DNA of 64,000 nucleotides from Albugo candida (Eukaryota): NCBI GenBank assembly GCA_040437565.1, contig JBDOQK010000006.1, positions 124,001 to 188,000 of the forward strand, read 5' to 3'. Shown piece by piece: positions 61,856 to 64,000 of this stretch (position 1 is its first letter; each line of letters starts with the position of its first letter). The notes under the pieces were generated by a model. It saw only the letters and a program-made list of their open reading frames with translations, ran no database searches and was not told where the DNA came from. The position numbers and the translations under genes were made by a program.

Positions 61856-62327
61856 TTACGCCGTATTGTTCTTTAAAATCTCAACTCGTTTCTTCCACCT
61901 ATGCAGCAACGCCATTAGCCGAATGAATAAATGAAGCAGATGTCATTAATACTCTTCATATTGACATTTCTCATAAGCGTGACGCAAGTCCACACATTTC
62001 CAAGGCGCATATAACGTTTCGCGCCGGCAATCATTCAATGGGATTAGAATCCCTGCGCATAAATCTCGAAAGTGTAGCGGCACTCTTGCGTCTACCATTT
62101 CTTGCCGTGTTGCAATACGTGAAGCTATGCAGCACAATTCAATTATCATCAATCCAAAACGAACAGAATAAGGTCAGTAAATTCTCACAAACTACTTACG
62201 AGCAACGTCATNNNNNNNNNNNNNNNNNNNNNNNNNNNNNNNNNNNNNNNNNNNNNNNNNNNNNNNNNNNNNNNNNNNNNNNNNNNNNNNNNNNNNNNNN
62301 NNNNNNNNNNNCATATCCATGCGCCAT
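61856..62327 (-). CDS. NDUFB7: NADH:ubiquinone oxidoreductase subunit B7 (B18), spans an N gap
   Basis: IATRQEMVDARVPLHFRDLCAGILIPLNDCRRETLYAPWKCVDLRHAYEKCQYEE twin CX9C pattern. Confidence 0.9.
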
Positions 62328-62429
62328 GTTTTCGCTGTGTATGTTCCTATACTCTGTGGAATTTAATATATAGAAGTTGGACTACTTATCGTATCGTATA
62401 ATGTTATCAGTACGTCGCATTGCTGTGTC

Positions 62430-63242
62430 ATGACCACAGCGGTCCATAGTGACAAGAAGAAAGCTGTTCTGCCAACCGAATTTCTAGACGGAAAATGCGA
62501 CTTTATTGGAGCTACTATTTCCGTAAAGAATCATCAAGGAGAGAGCATTGAAGGATCCGTATTCACAATTGACCCTGTAGCAAATTTTCTTATCCTTGGT
62601 AAGCTCTAGCCGCACAAATCGTCTCAATACAAGGTTTGATTTGCGTTTTATGTCAAGAGGAACGGACAAGCAAATTAACACTCAAGAAAAAGACTCACTT
62701 CTTTCAACTAGATACATTGCAGCAAATCAAGGTGAGCCATAAAATGGGCTCATACTAATTGCTTATAGTTTTGCTGCATATATATAGCTCGTTCGAATGG
62801 CAGACGGAGAAAATGATGCAGAGTTACCGCATATTTCAGAAGAAGAATTGTTGCGTCTAGAACAACGGAATAAAGAAAACGCTGAGCGTGCTTTAGCTTC
62901 CATAGGAAATGGTGTGAGTCCAGAAGCTCAAGCCATCTTTGATGCATTAAACAAAACGTATTTTTTTATCACTATTCGTCTCAGATTTTGTGGTTGTGAC
63001 AGAAATACATATTTGCTTTGTAGAATGCCTTGTCAATGGGATAAGCAAAATATTTGGGTGATGCGAGAAGTTACCATCAGACCTCCCTACGACGTTAAGG
63101 ATTGTGTCAGTTCGGATCAAGCAGCGCTTGGTCGTGTTCGCAAAGTTGTACGTACTGTCTCGTATAATCCTAGCAGACTTTTTATATATATACGTAGCTG
63201 GAAGGAGAGAAATCTAGATTGAAGAAAGCGATGCTGTTGTGA
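62430..63242 (+). CDS. LSM12: LSM12-like protein (Lsm plus anticodon-binding domain), multi-exon
   Basis: GESIEGSVFTIDP; IGNGVSPEAQAIFDALNKT, PCQW, VTIRPPY and LGRVRKV-LEGEK. Confidence 0.85.
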
Positions 63243-63354
63243 GCCAATCATTCCGTTTCAAGACAATCCTTTATATTTCCAGGTAACAAAAGCTCAACCA
63301 GCAGACACAAGTAGATATAATCGGATCGGATTTTATCAGATGAATCCAAAGTAC

Positions 63355-63693
63355 TCATTCTTGATGTGGGCCTGTTGAATCTGAGTCTGTGTCACTATCT
63401 TCCTCTGGGCAAAAATTCCGATTGTACATTTCTTGTTGTATGATGCGCGCTTGCTCAATTGAAATTGTACCTGAGTCCAACTTGGACAAAAGGAACCGCT
63501 TGAGCACTCGATATCCAACGAAAACGCCGACAAAAGGTAGCATGAAGCTGAAAAAGAAGTAATCCGAAGACTGTTCTTGGTATTGATGACTTTCTGCATC
63601 AAAATCCTCTTTCTCTCCCGAATCGGGTGCGACAGAGCCATCAAAACAACTTTGTTCCTCCGCCTCATCTCCAGTGGCAACCTCATATCCCAT
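63355..63693 (-). CDS. Hypothetical small acidic membrane protein
   Basis: ORF with one TM segment (FFFSFMLPFVGVFVGY) flanked by acidic tracts; start uncertain. Confidence 0.45.
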   Translation of the reverse strand: MGYEVATGDEAEEQSCFDGSVAPDSGEKEDFDAESHQYQEQSSDYFFFSFMLPFVGVFVGYRVLKRFLLSKLDSGTISIEQARIIQQEMYNRNFCPEEDSDTDSDSTGPHQE

Positions 63694-64000
63694 TCGCGAA
63701 CAGAAAGCGGAACCGCTGATTAGGGAGCAATGTGACCTCAGCAATAAAATGATTAGATTTGTCAGACAGCAGCATACCTATTTACGATTCGGGACAGCGG
63801 AGAGCATATTAAAGCATCCCCATAGCATGGTGTGAGTGTCTTTCCGTTGGCTTCATAAGAATAGAACTCTGATTTACAAGCTGAATACCTAAGCAAGGAA
63901 TTTGATCAGAATAGAGTTCTAAAATAAGACAACCATTGTAATTGGCAAACTTGTTACCATTCTTGACAAAGATTTGGACACATCTTTCTCATCTGCCACG

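Overview
Eukaryotic, oomycete-type draft scaffold. Short introns, a compact gene layout and the oomycete INR-FPR core promoter are consistent with Albugo, but this assignment is inferred, not proven. The window has two compartments. (1) About 1-32.8 kb is gene-sparse and dominated by a ~24-kb nest of decayed transposons: several Mutator-like (MULE) elements with GGGA-starting TIRs, an L1-type LINE split by a Tc3-like DD34E element and a MULE block, and an intron-containing IS630/Tc1/mariner-type transposase. The nest lies between two diverged copies of a ~2-kb segment, each carrying a tiny signal-peptide gene. The intact copy (28583-28762, 59 aa) contains GFNPSISGHGPG, which resembles Brassicaceae SCOOP phytocytokines and, more weakly, CEP peptides; it is the top candidate for a novel host-peptide mimic. 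(2) About 33-64 kb is gene-dense housekeeping sequence: PRP39, UTP23, a three-cNMP-domain AGC kinase, a VAMP7-like SNARE, a DEAH helicase, EME1-like, oligopeptidase B, a BAH/ELM2 protein, V-ATPase E, NDUFB7, LSM12 and several hypothetical genes. Many 100-N gaps are flanked by near-identical direct duplications that are almost certainly unmerged contig overlaps.
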